Below are positions 33,601 through 44,716 of a stretch of 64,000 nt of DNA, piece by piece. The number at the start of each line of letters is the position of its first letter. The first letter of the stretch is position 1. The position numbers and the translations under genes are program-made. The notes beneath the pieces are model-generated. The model saw only the letters and a list, made by a program, of their open reading frames with translations, was not told the origin of the DNA and did not search any database. The stretch comes from an uncultured Acidobacteriota bacterium. Lineage in GTDB: Bacteria; Acidobacteriota; Blastocatellia; RBC074. Location: the NCBI GenBank assembly GCA_963796275.1, contig CAWCKY010000004.1, forward strand, positions 1,312,001 to 1,376,000, given 5' to 3'.

Positions 33601-36600
33601 GTGATATTGAGGTGCTGCAATTCGACCTGACTGTGCGTCCAGGCGAGCGCGAGGGCCCGGGTGACCGCACGCAGATCGTGGTACTTGTCGGCGAGCGCGA
33701 GAGCCGCCTCGCGCGTCGCCGCCGCCGCAATGGTGAATGCCACGCGCGCCGTCTCGCCCGGCCTGAGCCGCAGGCTCTGCCGCAGACTGGCGATCGGATC
33801 AAGAACGGCTCCCACAGTCCCCGAAAGCGGTTGCCCGAGAGCAACCATCACCGGGGAAGCGGGCGTGCGTCCGCGGCCGAGAAAACGCGCCCGGTCCGTT
33901 TCAAACTCGATCCCGAGAGCTGCTGGCGATGCCACCGCACCCGGAGTGCCTCCGCCGCCGAGGGCTCGCCCCTGCGAAGCCAGGACGCAGACGGCCCATG
34001 GCGGATATTCATCCGCCGATCGCGATCGTCGTGTGAAGAGCAACGCCACATCTTCGGGTATGAATTCGGACTGGACGAAGAGGTTACTGAAAGCGGGATG
34101 CGCCGCATCGGACGCGGCAGAGGCGAGCACTATTTCGCAATAACTGGTGATCTCCAGGTCGCGCGTCTGGCTGCTGCGATTGGTGATCGTAATGCGCCGC
34201 ACTTCCGCATCGTCCTCGGGCGAAACACCGATCTCGGTGTGGGTCTCAATCCCCGCATCGAGCCTATGAAACTCCGCCTTATCGGTCGAGAACGTGACCA
34301 GGTACGACTTGGGCTGTCGACCGGTGGGCTGAAACGCAGTGGACCAGAACTCGCCGCTGCGCGCGTCGCGCACGTAGCAGAACACACCCCAATCGTCGCG
34401 CGTCGGATCCTCGCGCCAGCGAGTGATTGCCATCCCCTTCCAGCGGCTAAATCCGCCGCCGGCGTTGGTGACCATCACCGTGTAGTTGCCGTTAGACATG
34501 AGATGCGCCTGAGGCGCCGCCGTATGCGGGGTGGTGAACCGTCGCGTGACAGGCGGCGTCAAGAGCCTGACGTTGGGACCAGCCGATACCTCTTCAGCGT
34601 GCGGGTGTGCGAGAGGCGCGTCGCGCGGTATGCGTTCCTGAAGCAGCAGCTCAGCCGACTGCACGAGCGGCTCAGCGTGGAATCGCTTCTGCATCGCATT
34701 GTCGTTGATCAGATTATCGAGCGCGATCAGGCTCATGCCGTGATGGTGTGCCATATAAGTTCTGACCACCGCGCCCGGCACCTGGGAATCGTCGGTCACC
34801 ACCTTCAGAGGCAAACGCGAGCGAGTGTAATCGATCGCATCATAATATCCGTAGCTCCCCTCCAGCCCGGCGGCCGCCAGCCGTTTGAGATTTCTCAATC
34901 CCTCGTGGGGCCGGACCGTCAGCGCGAGAAATGTGGCATATGGCGCAATGACCAGATCATCCGAGAGTCCGCGCTTGAGGCCGAGGCCCGGCACGCCGAA
35001 AGCCTGATACTGATAGTTCAGCGCCACGTCGCGCGCATTATAGGCAGATTCGGAGATTCCCCAGGGGACGCTATGTTGCGCACCGTATTCGATCTGCCGG
35101 TTGACTATGTTCTCGTACGTCTGATCGAGAAGTGTATTTTCATAAGTGCGCATGACGAGGAGCGGCATGAGGTATTCGAACATCGTCGCGGTCCACGAGA
35201 GAAGCGCCCTCCCGCTGCTGGTCGTTGTGAAGGCGCGTCCGAGGCGGAACCAGTGCTGTTGAGGCACCTGGTCGCGCGCGATGGCGACGAAGCTGGCGAG
35301 CCGAGCCTCCGATGCGAGCAGATCGTAATATGAGTTGTCTCGACGACCGTCGACCACGCTGTACCCGATCGAGAAGAGCTGGCGCCGCTCATCGAAGAGA
35401 AAACCGAAGTCCATCTCTTCGCTGAACTGCTGCGCGCGCTCGGCTATCCGCCGGTACTTCTCCGCCAGTCCCGCCGCGGCAGAGGCCGACCGGCGCAGGG
35501 CTCCGGCCAGCGGACTCGACCAGTTATGGCTATCCCGCAAACCTTCCCGGCTCACCAGTTGAGCCAGCGCTTCATCGCAATAATCCGGCATCTCGGCGAG
35601 CGAAGGCACACCGGGCGGCAACGCGAGTTGTTCGATGGGAGATTTGAGAAGAATAGATGCCCAGGGAGCGATGGTCTCCAGGTAGTGCCGGTGGCTCTGC
35701 ACCGCGCGTGTCAACTCCTCCGCCCAGAAGATGGCTTCCACGAAGTCCGACTTCCCTCCCAACGCGCGGACATCTCGCTCGATCCTCGCCGCCTGAACGG
35801 CGATCTCATCGAGCGCTTTGACCCAACCCGGGAGGGAATCCGCCGCAGACCCCATCTTGCGACGCAGCGCCGTGATCTGTTGCCCGAGAGATTTCATTCG
35901 CCCGGCGTCGCTCACATCCTTCGCGCCCGCCAGTTCCCACTCGAGCGACGTGAGCACATCACGCAGCCCTTCGAGAATGTTCGCGCCGATCAGTGGCCCG
36001 GCAATCGTCTCCAGACATCCCTGTTTGAGCGCGATCAGATGCCCGGCGAAGTTTCCGCTGTCGACCGTCGAGATGTATGTCGGCATGAGCGGCCGCAGCG
36101 TGTCAGTCTCATACCAGTTGTAGAAGTGGCCGCGGAACCGTTCGAGCTGCTCCAGCGACGAGCAGGTCTGTTCGATATCTTCGATCAGTTCTGAATGGTT
36201 GAGGTACCCCAGGTCATGCGCCGCGAGCGCCGAGAGCAGATACGTGCTGATATTGGTGGGCGAGGTGCGATGAGCGATGACGGCCTGAGGATCTTCTTGA
36301 AAGTTGTCGGGCGGCAGGTGGTGGTCTTCCGGACCGACGAAGGTTTCGAAGAAACGCCATGTCCTGCGCGAGACTCCGCCGCAGCTCGGCCCGTTCCCTC
36401 TCCGAGAGGATGAACTGGCGCACGGGCAGAGGGCGGCTGACCCAGTAAGCGATCAGCGGCGAGATGAGCCAGACTGTCAGGAACGGCGCCGCGACCGGCA
36501 GTCGCTCCGGAAAACGGAGCGAGACGAGGGCGAGCAAAGCCATCGCTATGGCGGAAGCGGGGCTCATCCATGACCAGAAGCTTTCCAGACTGAGATCGAG

Positions 36601-39378
36601 TTTCTGCTCGGCCTGCGCCGCGGTCACCCATTCCAAACGCCTCTTCTTGGATATCCACATCCGCCAGAGCGTGCGGATGATCGCATCTGCCATCAAATAA
36701 GCCTGGTGCGGCAGAAACGCAATCGTGAGTCCCACCTGATATGTGTTGCGCAGAGCATCTCCCCAGATATTCATGAGATAGCTCGTCCAGGGTACTTGAC
36801 GCGGATGAAGTATCAGAGAATTGCCGATGTGACTGTAGATGGGGAACGCGAGTATCAGAAGGATGAGCAGAGTCCAGAACAACGGCGAGCCCGGCAATAC
36901 TGTCCACGCGCAGGCCAGCGTCATCAGCATCCAGGGCGCCACCAGACTGCGGCGCAGGTTGTCGAATATCTTCCAGTACGATACGAGAGGCAAACGCTTG
37001 AGCAACCAGCCGATGATCTGCCAGTCGCCGCGCACCCAGCGGTATTGCCGCGCCGAGTATGCATGGTAGTGAGATGGGTAGTCATCGAACAATTCGATGT
37101 CGGTGACCAGAGCAGTGCGCGCATACAATCCTTCGAGCAGATCGTGACTGAGGATCGTATTCTCCGGGATCCGGCCCCCGAGCGCCGCCTCGAAAGCGTC
37201 AACGTCGTATATCCCTTTTCCTACATAGTTTCCCTCGCGGAAGATATCCTGATAGACGTCGGAGACGGCTTGTGTATAGGGGTCCACTCCGGTATTCCCG
37301 GAAAAGATGCGCGTAAAGAGCGATCGTCCGGCGCTCACCAGCGTGACGCTCACGCGCGGCTGCAATATGCCGTAGCCCTGTGTCACGCGCCCAGACCTCT
37401 CATCGTACTCCGCCCGGTTGAGCGGGTGAGCTATGGTGGCGATGAGCCGCCGCGCCGAGTCGCGCGGGAGTTGGGTATCGGCATCGAGCGTGATGACGTA
37501 TTTCACAGCACCCAGGATGCTCAGGTCCCCGATCTGCACGGTGTAACTCGATTGTGACGAGCCGCGAAGAAGGTGGTTGAACTCTTCGAGCTTCCCGCGT
37601 TTGCGCTCCCACCCCATCCAGCATTCTTCGCCTCCGTTCCACAACCGCCTTCGGTGGAAGAGATAAAATCGGTCCTGCCGGCCGTTGCCGTAGCGCGCGT
37701 TCAATCCACGCACTCCCTCGATCGCATGCTCGACCAGCACCTCGTCATCCGGCATGTGTTCCTGCGGCGCATCGGCGAAATCGGTCAGGAGGGCGAAATG
37801 GATGTTATCTTCCTGATTGGCGAGATGATGAATCTCCAGATGATCGATCAATTCCCTAACATTTTGCGTGCTCACAAGCATCGCCGGGACGACGACCATC
37901 GTGCGGGATTCTTGCGGGATGCCGTCCTTGAACTCTAACTTGGGCAGCACCTGCGGTTCCGTCGTGAAAGTCAGGTCGCGGTTGGTCGCGCTCACCGCCA
38001 GGTCACTCACCGGGATTATCAGTAGCAATGCCAACAGGACCAGTTCGGTATTACTCGCGCCGTGACCATGGGCGAAATCCAGCAGGAACCACGTGACGAG
38101 CCCAGTCACGAGTGCGATCATCCCGAGATAGAAAAATGCCGGGTATCTGGTCGAAATGCGGTTGGCGAGTTCAAACGGATCAGCCCAGTATCCGGATTCG
38201 GCTTCGAGCCGCGCCCGGCCGGGTCCGATGAGGTAATAACCGACGTGCGACCTGGCCGTATCGATCGAATCACTCGCCTCCCGTGCATATCGAAGCGTTC
38301 TCCCGGCGATCTCCACTTCCTGTAAACCCGTGCGCTTCGCGATCTTCTCGATCACCGAGCGGTAACGATTGCGCGTATCGAAATCCTGCAGAGCGTGAAC
38401 CCCGGCCGGATCATCGCGCAGCGCCAGTTCGACGAGACACGTGCGCTCAAAGAATTCTGCGTAGTCGATCGATGAGAGAAAGCGCATGCTGGTGATGACA
38501 TTTCCGGCCGATACCTGGTTGGCGGCCTGCCGGTGGTGCTCGATGCGCATCATCAGATCGCCGGTAGTCTCTTGCGCCGTCAAGCGTTGCTCCAGCCAGA
38601 GGAGTGCGGGGGTGATGCTCGAGCCCTGATCCCGCAGGCGCTGTAGGATATGAACGGCGAATGGCGTGCTGAGTTGCTCTCCGCCCTGTTGGCGTTCGGC
38701 CAGCATGATGAAGATGTCCCCCGGCCGCCGCTCAGAAGCTGACAATAGCTCATCGGCCCAAAGATCAGCGCGCTTGCGCTCATCCTGAGCCCAGAGCGTC
38801 TGCCTGGCCAGGCGCCGCATATTTTCAACCAGCGCGAGCCGGAGCATAATTGCGACAGCCCAAAGCTCTCCGATCGTTAGCGGAGCGACTTCCTGATATG
38901 CCAATACGAATCGCGCAAGCATCTCGGCGTCGAGCCGGCAGTCGCTTCGCTCGATGAGGGCAATGGCGATGGCGTAAACGCGCGGATAACCCGTATATGG
39001 ACCGCTGGCGAGTTTGGGGAGTTCGCGCAGGTAATGTCGAGGCAAATCCTCGCGGACCTCGCGCAGTTGCTCCTGCACTATGTGGAAGTTGTCCATCAAC
39101 CACTCGGCGGCGGGCGAGATGGTCTGCCCGCGCCGGACGTTTTCGGCAATCGCCCGATAGCAATTGGTCAAATATCGGCCGTTGTCTTCCAGACGATCGA
39201 GGAGCGGGCTGGGTTGTCGCCTGCCCTTCGTCGCCAGCGTATGTTGACTAGCCAACTCCTTCGCATATTGCTCGAGCCTTTCGAGGCTGCAGAGTTCGGC
39301 CCGAATCGGCTCATCGTCTTCCGCTAACTCCGTGTCCTGCCGGCGGCGAGAAGTCAACCCCCAGACTCCCAGGCACAT
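30606..39378 (-). CDS. ndvB: Cyclic beta-1,2-glucan synthase (Cgs/NdvB: GT84, cyclising domain, GH94 phosphorylase), about 2,920 aa, one apparent +1 frameshift near 36376
   Basis: WMGWERKRGKL, ITLDADT, SHDLLEG, RWVRGDWQ, HRTSPTN, YDLLASEARL, QSGGAYGFRDQLQD, GDWNDG and RENGGQYTH motifs. Removing one G in CGGCGGAGTC restores ELRRVSRRTWRFFETF and joins ORFs 36214-39561 and 30606-36086. Start uncertain (39378 or TTG 39357). Confidence 0.9.
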
Positions 39379-39746
39379 AGTGCTAAAACTCAATAACAAA
39401 AGGAAAATATCGAACGATGCGTGATTATCCGCTACAAAAAACGCAAAATAACAATATGCACAAAACGAAAAAATTGCATCGCTCCCTCTTCCGTTTTTTG
39501 TTTTCCCTTCGCTACTCTTGTGATGTATCTTTTCGCTCAAATCGCTCAAAAAATTCGCCAACTTATTTTTTTACAACCCATTAGCGGCTACACTTGTTTT
39601 AAAAGTTGAGTTAGACTTTGCTTAAATGACCAGCCTATCACGCATTCGATTATTATCGAAATAAAACCAATTAAATAATCGATTGTGGGTAGGCTCTTAG
39701 CACATCGGATAATCCATGGGGTGTTCTAGACAGAAGGGAGGATGGT

Positions 39747-42700
39747 ATGGGCGACAACCTTAATGATAGCAGTCCAGATACCGCCGAACAAACGAGGGAA
39801 AAAAAAGATGGACACTTCTTCGTGGTTGGGCTCGGCGCATCTGCTGGAGGAATAAAGTCATTTAAGGAGTTTTTTTCGCACGTGCCTCCCCAGAGCGGAA
39901 TGGCATATGTCGTCATTCTGCACATGTCGCCTTCGCACGAGAGCAAACTGACGGAGATACTGCAACTGGCGACGAGGATTCCGGTGACACAGGTGTTAGA
40001 AACGGTCAAGATCGAACCTGACCACATCTATGTTATTCCGCCGAACCGGAGCCTCTCGATGAGAGACGGCAATTTAACGCTTTCGGAGATGACGCGGATC
40101 GAGGAGCGGCGCTCTCCCGTCGATATTTTTTTCCGCTCGCTCGCCGAGTCGAACGATTCACGAGCAGCCTGCGTTATTCTCTCGGGCACTGGGGCCAATG
40201 GCTCGATGGGTCTGAAACGAATCAAGGAGTTTGGCGGTATAGTTTTCGCTCAGGATCCGGCAGAAGCCGAGTACGACGATATGCCGCGCAATGCGATCGC
40301 CACCGGACTGGTCGACTTCATCTTGCCGGTGGCTCAGATGCCGGAGAAGATAATCGCATATAAGAATAACGTCGGCACGGTCCGCATTTCCAACGAGCCT
40401 TTGGAGCGCCACGAAACGGATGAGGCAGCACTGCGCGATATCTTCACTCAACTGAGGGTGCGGACCGGGCATGATTTCACCAACTATAAGCGGGCGACCA
40501 TGCTCCGCCGGATCGAGCGGCGGATCAACGTTTACGAGCTTTCCAACCTGCAGAGTTATGCCCACCTCATCCATGAGCATCCGGAAGAGGCGAGGTCGCT
40601 CCTCAGGGACTTGCTCATCAGCGTGACCAACTTCTTCCGCGACTCGGAGAGGTTTCAGGCGCTTGAAAAAAATATCATTCCGAAACTCTTTGAGAACAAA
40701 AGGGCCGGGGATAATGTGCGCGTCTGGGTCGCGGGCTGCGCCACTGGCGAAGAAGCCTACTCGATCGCGATGCTGCTGTCCGAATACGCCTCGGGTTCCA
40801 TCGATGCCCCGAACCTGCAAGTATTCGCGACCGACCTCGATGAAGAGTCGATCGCGGCGGCGCGCGAAGGATTCTACACAGATACCGAGGTGGCCGAGGT
40901 TTCGCCCGAGCGGCTGCGCCGGTTTTTTACCAAAGATGGAGAAGGTAACCGGGTGCGCCGGGAATTACGGGATATGGTGCTCTTTGCGGCGCATAACATC
41001 ATTAGAGACCCGCCGTTCTCGCAACTCAACCTCGTCTCCTGCCGCAACCTGCTCATCTATCTCAATCGGCCGGCGCAGGAGAAAGTGATGGAGGTTCTCC
41101 ACTTCGCCCTCCGCCCCGAAGGATATCTTTTCCTCGGGACCTCGGAGTCGATCAATGACGCCGCTCACCTCTTCATCACGACAGATAAAGATCATCGCAT
41201 CTATCAAAGTCGCGCAGTGACATCGCACATGTCATTTCCGCTCCCCAAAATGCCGCTTACCACGAGGATCGATCAGCGCCATAGAGAAGAGCGTGATGAG
41301 ACGCGTGCGCATGAGCGCCTGTCATACCTCGACCTGCATCTACGCCTGCTCGAGCAATTTGGCCCCCCCTCAGTCGTGGTCAATGAAAATTACGATATCG
41401 TACATTTATCGGAGCGGGCGGGTCAGTACATGCAATTCACCGGCGGCGAACCAACACACAACCTTCTCAGAGTCGTGCGCCCCGAACTGCGATTGGATTT
41501 GCGCACTGCTCTCTATCAAGCCGTGCAGAAACGAACCAACGTCGAGGCGCGCGGCTTGTACGTCCGCCTAAACAATCACACGCAGACTGTGAATCTGATA
41601 GTGCGTCCCATCATGCGCGATGACGATCCGGGGCGCGGCTTCATTCTCGTCATATTTGAGGAGGCGGACGAGACGGTGGGGAGTGAAGCCCCTCTCTCCA
41701 TAGAGGAGATCAGCCAGGCCGAACCGGTTGCTCACCAGCTTGAGGAAGAGCTTTTGCGCGTCAAAGCCCAGTTGCACGCGACCATCGAACAATACGAGAT
41801 ACAACATGAAGAATTGAAAGCCTCGAACGAAGAGCTACAGGCGATGAACGAGGAGTTGCGGTCGGCAGCCGAAGAGCTGGAGACGGGCAAAGAAGAGCTC
41901 CAATCGGTAAACGAGGAGTTGGTGACCGTCAATCAGGAGCTGAAGGTCAAGATCGAGGAACTCTCTCAGGCCAACAATGACTTTCAGAATCTGATGGCTT
42001 CGACCGGGATCGGCACCATCTTTCTCGACCGGTCTCTGCGCGTTAAACTCTTCACTCCGCGTGCTTGCGATATTTACAACCTGATCCCGGGCGATATTAA
42101 CCGCCCACTGATGGATATCACCACCAGACTCCTCTATGTCGACCTGATCGATGATGTTGAGCAGGTGCTCGATAAGCTGCATCCGGTCGAGCACGAAGTT
42201 CAGACGCGCGACGGAGGCTGGTATCTGGTGCGCCTGGTCCCTTATCGCACTAAGGAAGACCGCATTGAAGGGGCCGTCATTACTTTCATTGATATCACCT
42301 CGCGTAGGGCGGCGGCAGATACGCTGCGCCGCACGCGGGATGAGTTGGAGGTCCGCGTCAAAGAGCGCACGGGGGATTTGCAGACGGTGAATGATGCCTT
42401 GCAGAGTGAGGTCACTGAGCGCAGGGTCGCCGCGGACCGGGCGCGCGGATTGCTGCGGCGAATCATCACGGCTCAGGAGGATGAGCGTAGCCGCATCGCG
42501 CGCAACCTGCACGATCACCTGGGCCAGCAATTGACCGCGCTCCGGCTGCAGCTCGAAGCGATTAAAGATAAAGACGGCAACCGAAAGGAGCTCAATCAGT
42601 CGATTGAACAAGCGCAAATAATCGCCAAACAACTCGATATAGATGTGGATTTCCTCTCGTGGGAACTTCGTCCCGTTTCACTCGACCGCCTCCCTCTGGT

Positions 42701-43118
42701 GACGGCACTCTCCGATTTCGTGCTTGAGTGGTCGAAACATTTCAATATTCCGGCTGAATTTCATACTTCTGATATGGAGATAGGTCGTTTTCCTGAGAAT
42801 ATTGAAACCAATCTCTACCGCATCGCACAGGAGGCGCTCAATAACATCTATAAACATGCGCAAGCCACACTGGTGGACGTCATCTTCGAACGCAGGGACG
42901 ATCATGTCATGCTCATTATTGAAGATAACGGTCAGGGTTTCGATATGAACAAAGTGGCGGTTCAAGGTGGAGAAGAGAAAGGAATGGGATTGGTCGGCAT
43001 GCGTGAGCGAGTGGCCCTCATCGGAGGCACGCTCGAGGTTGAATCCCGATCGGGAGATGGCACAACCATCATCGTACGCGCACCTCTATCGTTATTAATA
43101 GAAAAACAAGGTGTATGA
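39747..43118 (+). CDS. CheB/CheR fusion with PAS domains and a HisKA_3-type histidine kinase
   Basis: GLGASAGG (CheB); WVAGCATGEEAYS and SCRNLLIY (CheR); NEEL coiled coil; ERSRIARNLHDHLGQ; QEALNN; EDNGQGF. Confidence 0.93.
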   Translation: MGDNLNDSSPDTAEQTREKKDGHFFVVGLGASAGGIKSFKEFFSHVPPQSGMAYVVILHMSPSHESKLTEILQLATRIPVTQVLETVKIEPDHIYVIPPNRSLSMRDGNLTLSEMTRIEERRSPVDIFFRSLAESNDSRAACVILSGTGANGSMGLKRIKEFGGIVFAQDPAEAEYDDMPRNAIATGLVDFILPVAQMPEKIIAYKNNVGTVRISNEPLERHETDEAALRDIFTQLRVRTGHDFTNYKRATMLRRIERRINVYELSNLQSYAHLIHEHPEEARSLLRDLLISVTNFFRDSERFQALEKNIIPKLFENKRAGDNVRVWVAGCATGEEAYSIAMLLSEYASGSIDAPNLQVFATDLDEESIAAAREGFYTDTEVAEVSPERLRRFFTKDGEGNRVRRELRDMVLFAAHNIIRDPPFSQLNLVSCRNLLIYLNRPAQEKVMEVLHFALRPEGYLFLGTSESINDAAHLFITTDKDHRIYQSRAVTSHMSFPLPKMPLTTRIDQRHREERDETRAHERLSYLDLHLRLLEQFGPPSVVVNENYDIVHLSERAGQYMQFTGGEPTHNLLRVVRPELRLDLRTALYQAVQKRTNVEARGLYVRLNNHTQTVNLIVRPIMRDDDPGRGFILVIFEEADETVGSEAPLSIEEISQAEPVAHQLEEELLRVKAQLHATIEQYEIQHEELKASNEELQAMNEELRSAAEELETGKEELQSVNEELVTVNQELKVKIEELSQANNDFQNLMASTGIGTIFLDRSLRVKLFTPRACDIYNLIPGDINRPLMDITTRLLYVDLIDDVEQVLDKLHPVEHEVQTRDGGWYLVRLVPYRTKEDRIEGAVITFIDITSRRAAADTLRRTRDELEVRVKERTGDLQTVNDALQSEVTERRVAADRARGLLRRIITAQEDERSRIARNLHDHLGQQLTALRLQLEAIKDKDGNRKELNQSIEQAQIIAKQLDIDVDFLSWELRPVSLDRLPLVTALSDFVLEWSKHFNIPAEFHTSDMEIGRFPENIETNLYRIAQEALNNIYKHAQATLVDVIFERRDDHVMLIIEDNGQGFDMNKVAVQGGEEKGMGLVGMRERVALIGGTLEVESRSGDGTTIIVRAPLSLLIEKQGV

Positions 43119-43130
43119 ACGAGGATTATC

Positions 43131-43784
43131 ATGCGCAAAATCCGCATCCTCATCGCTGAAGATCACGCAATGGTGCGCGAGGGGCTGAAGCTACTGATCG
43201 ATTCGCAACCGAATATGCAGGTAATCGGAGAGGCCGAGAACGGGCAGATTGCCGTCGCGCAGTCGCGGGAATTGATGCCAGACATCGTCCTGATGGACGT
43301 ATCGATGCCCGAGATGAATGGGTTAAAAGCGACCGAAAAACTCCGGCAGGAGTGCCCTCACATCAAGGTTTTGGCGCTCACCCGTCACCGGGACCAGGGG
43401 TTTTTGCAAGAGGTTATACGCGCCGGGGCTGCCGGCTACGTGCTCAAACAGAACACCGCTGCCGAACTGATCCACGCGATAGACGCGGTCGCTTCGGGGG
43501 GAAATTATCTGGATCCCGCCATCGCCGGAAAACTCATCGAGCGGTACGTCGGAGGACAGTCGAAAAACAACTCTGAGTCGCAGGGAGAGCTGAGTCCGCG
43601 CGAGGCTGAGGTCCTGCGCCTCATCGCATGGGGATACAGCAATAAGGAGATCGCCGGCCGCCTCGACATCAGCATTAAGACGGTCGAAGCGCACAAGGCT
43701 AATTCCAGCCGTAAACTGGGTTTGCATAGCCGAATCGATATAGTCCGTTTCGCCTTTCTGCAAGGCTGGCTGGAGGAGAATTAA
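43131..43784 (+). CDS. NarL/FixJ-family response regulator (REC plus LuxR HTH)
   Basis: AEDH, DIVLMDVSMP and GYVLK; LSPREAEVLRLIAWGYSNKEIA...KTVEAH. Confidence 0.95.
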   Translation: MRKIRILIAEDHAMVREGLKLLIDSQPNMQVIGEAENGQIAVAQSRELMPDIVLMDVSMPEMNGLKATEKLRQECPHIKVLALTRHRDQGFLQEVIRAGAAGYVLKQNTAAELIHAIDAVASGGNYLDPAIAGKLIERYVGGQSKNNSESQGELSPREAEVLRLIAWGYSNKEIAGRLDISIKTVEAHKANSSRKLGLHSRIDIVRFAFLQGWLEEN

Positions 43785-43871
43785 TTGATAATTGATAATG
43801 GATAATGGATAATTCGTATGAATTGTTGTCACTGTGTATACGAATTATCAATTATCACTTATCAATTATCC
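43782..43871. repeat. Hairpin element with TTGATAA heptamer arms (copy 2)
   Basis: Same GATAATTCGTA...TACGAATTATC core as 5313-5444. Confidence 0.75.
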
Positions 43872-43886
43872 ACTCTCTTCTGCCAC

Positions 43887-43915
43887 TGGCATACGAAGAT
43901 AGATCTGTGTAGAAT
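43887..43915 (+). promoter_or_regulatory. Putative sigma70 promoter (extended -10) for the FHA/kinase cluster
   Basis: TGGCAT-17 nt-TAGAAT with a TG-rich stretch just upstream of the -10. Confidence 0.45.
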
Positions 43916-44095
43916 GGCTAGTCGCTTAGCGGGCTTGCACACAACTTGCTGCTGCGAAAGCTGGTTACCGATTCCATCAGGTTTCATTACATCAATGAGT
44001 GCTGACGATCTCAACCGCAGGCAACAGCCGGCGCAGGCCCTGTTCGGAAATTCGAAGACCCCAGAGTTTTCGTGTAAGCGGAGGCTACTATAGCT

Positions 44096-44701
44096 ATGAT
44101 CCGATGTTACCATTGCGGAACCGATAACCTCGACGGTTCCGAGTATTGTGACGAGTGCGGAAAGAAGTTCACAGCTGCGTCGGCGAGAAATTTTTCAACG
44201 GTACCATCGCCCACGCAGACGGCGCCTCCACCTCCCCCCGCATTTACACGTGAATCGGTCCAACCGAAACCGGCGACCCCTTATACACCTGCGCCTCCAC
44301 CCGTTCCGGCTCCTGTCCCGCACGAAGGCCATCGGGTAGATCATCATCCTGAAGAGAATGGAGAGACGCATGTGCGCGCCCGGCTGATCATCCAGCGAGG
44401 CGGCAAGGTCGGCAAAGAATTTCCCATCCAGAGCGATGAATCGCTGATTGGACGATGGGACGCTGATGGAGGCACTTTCCCCGATGTCGACCTTGATCAA
44501 GATGACCCCGAAGCGAAAGTTTCGCGCCGGCATGCGCGGATACACTTTATGAACGAGCAATTTCTGATTGAAGACCTGGGCAGCACCAATGGGACGTTCG
44601 TTAACCGTGGCCCCCGCCTGCTGCCGGGCGACAAGCAACCGCTCAACAACGGTGATGAGATCATCGTCGGCAAAACATTTCTAAAATTTGTCCTGAGTTG
44701 A
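44096..44701 (+). CDS. Zinc ribbon, Pro-rich linker and FHA domain protein
   Basis: CYHCG...YCDECG; IGRWD...VSRRHARI...EDLGSTNGTFVN; GGAGG Shine-Dalgarno. Confidence 0.92.
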   Translation: MIRCYHCGTDNLDGSEYCDECGKKFTAASARNFSTVPSPTQTAPPPPPAFTRESVQPKPATPYTPAPPPVPAPVPHEGHRVDHHPEENGETHVRARLIIQRGGKVGKEFPIQSDESLIGRWDADGGTFPDVDLDQDDPEAKVSRRHARIHFMNEQFLIEDLGSTNGTFVNRGPRLLPGDKQPLNNGDEIIVGKTFLKFVLS

Positions 44702-44716
44702 AATCAAAGTGTTGAT

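Noticed and set aside
33573-35333. 586-aa plus-strand ORF and other long antisense ORFs
   Set aside because: Shadow ORFs opposite well-supported GC-rich genes, with Arg-rich, motif-less translations.
39379-39561. N-terminal extension of the glucan synthase (also the 23876 and 46309 starts)
   Set aside because: These extensions run through intergenic repeat-like sequence. Downstream starts fit better.
43916-44095. Known RNA (SRP, c-di-GMP or c-di-AMP riboswitch, 6S)
   Set aside because: I could not find their diagnostic motifs, so it is kept only as an unknown structured leader.
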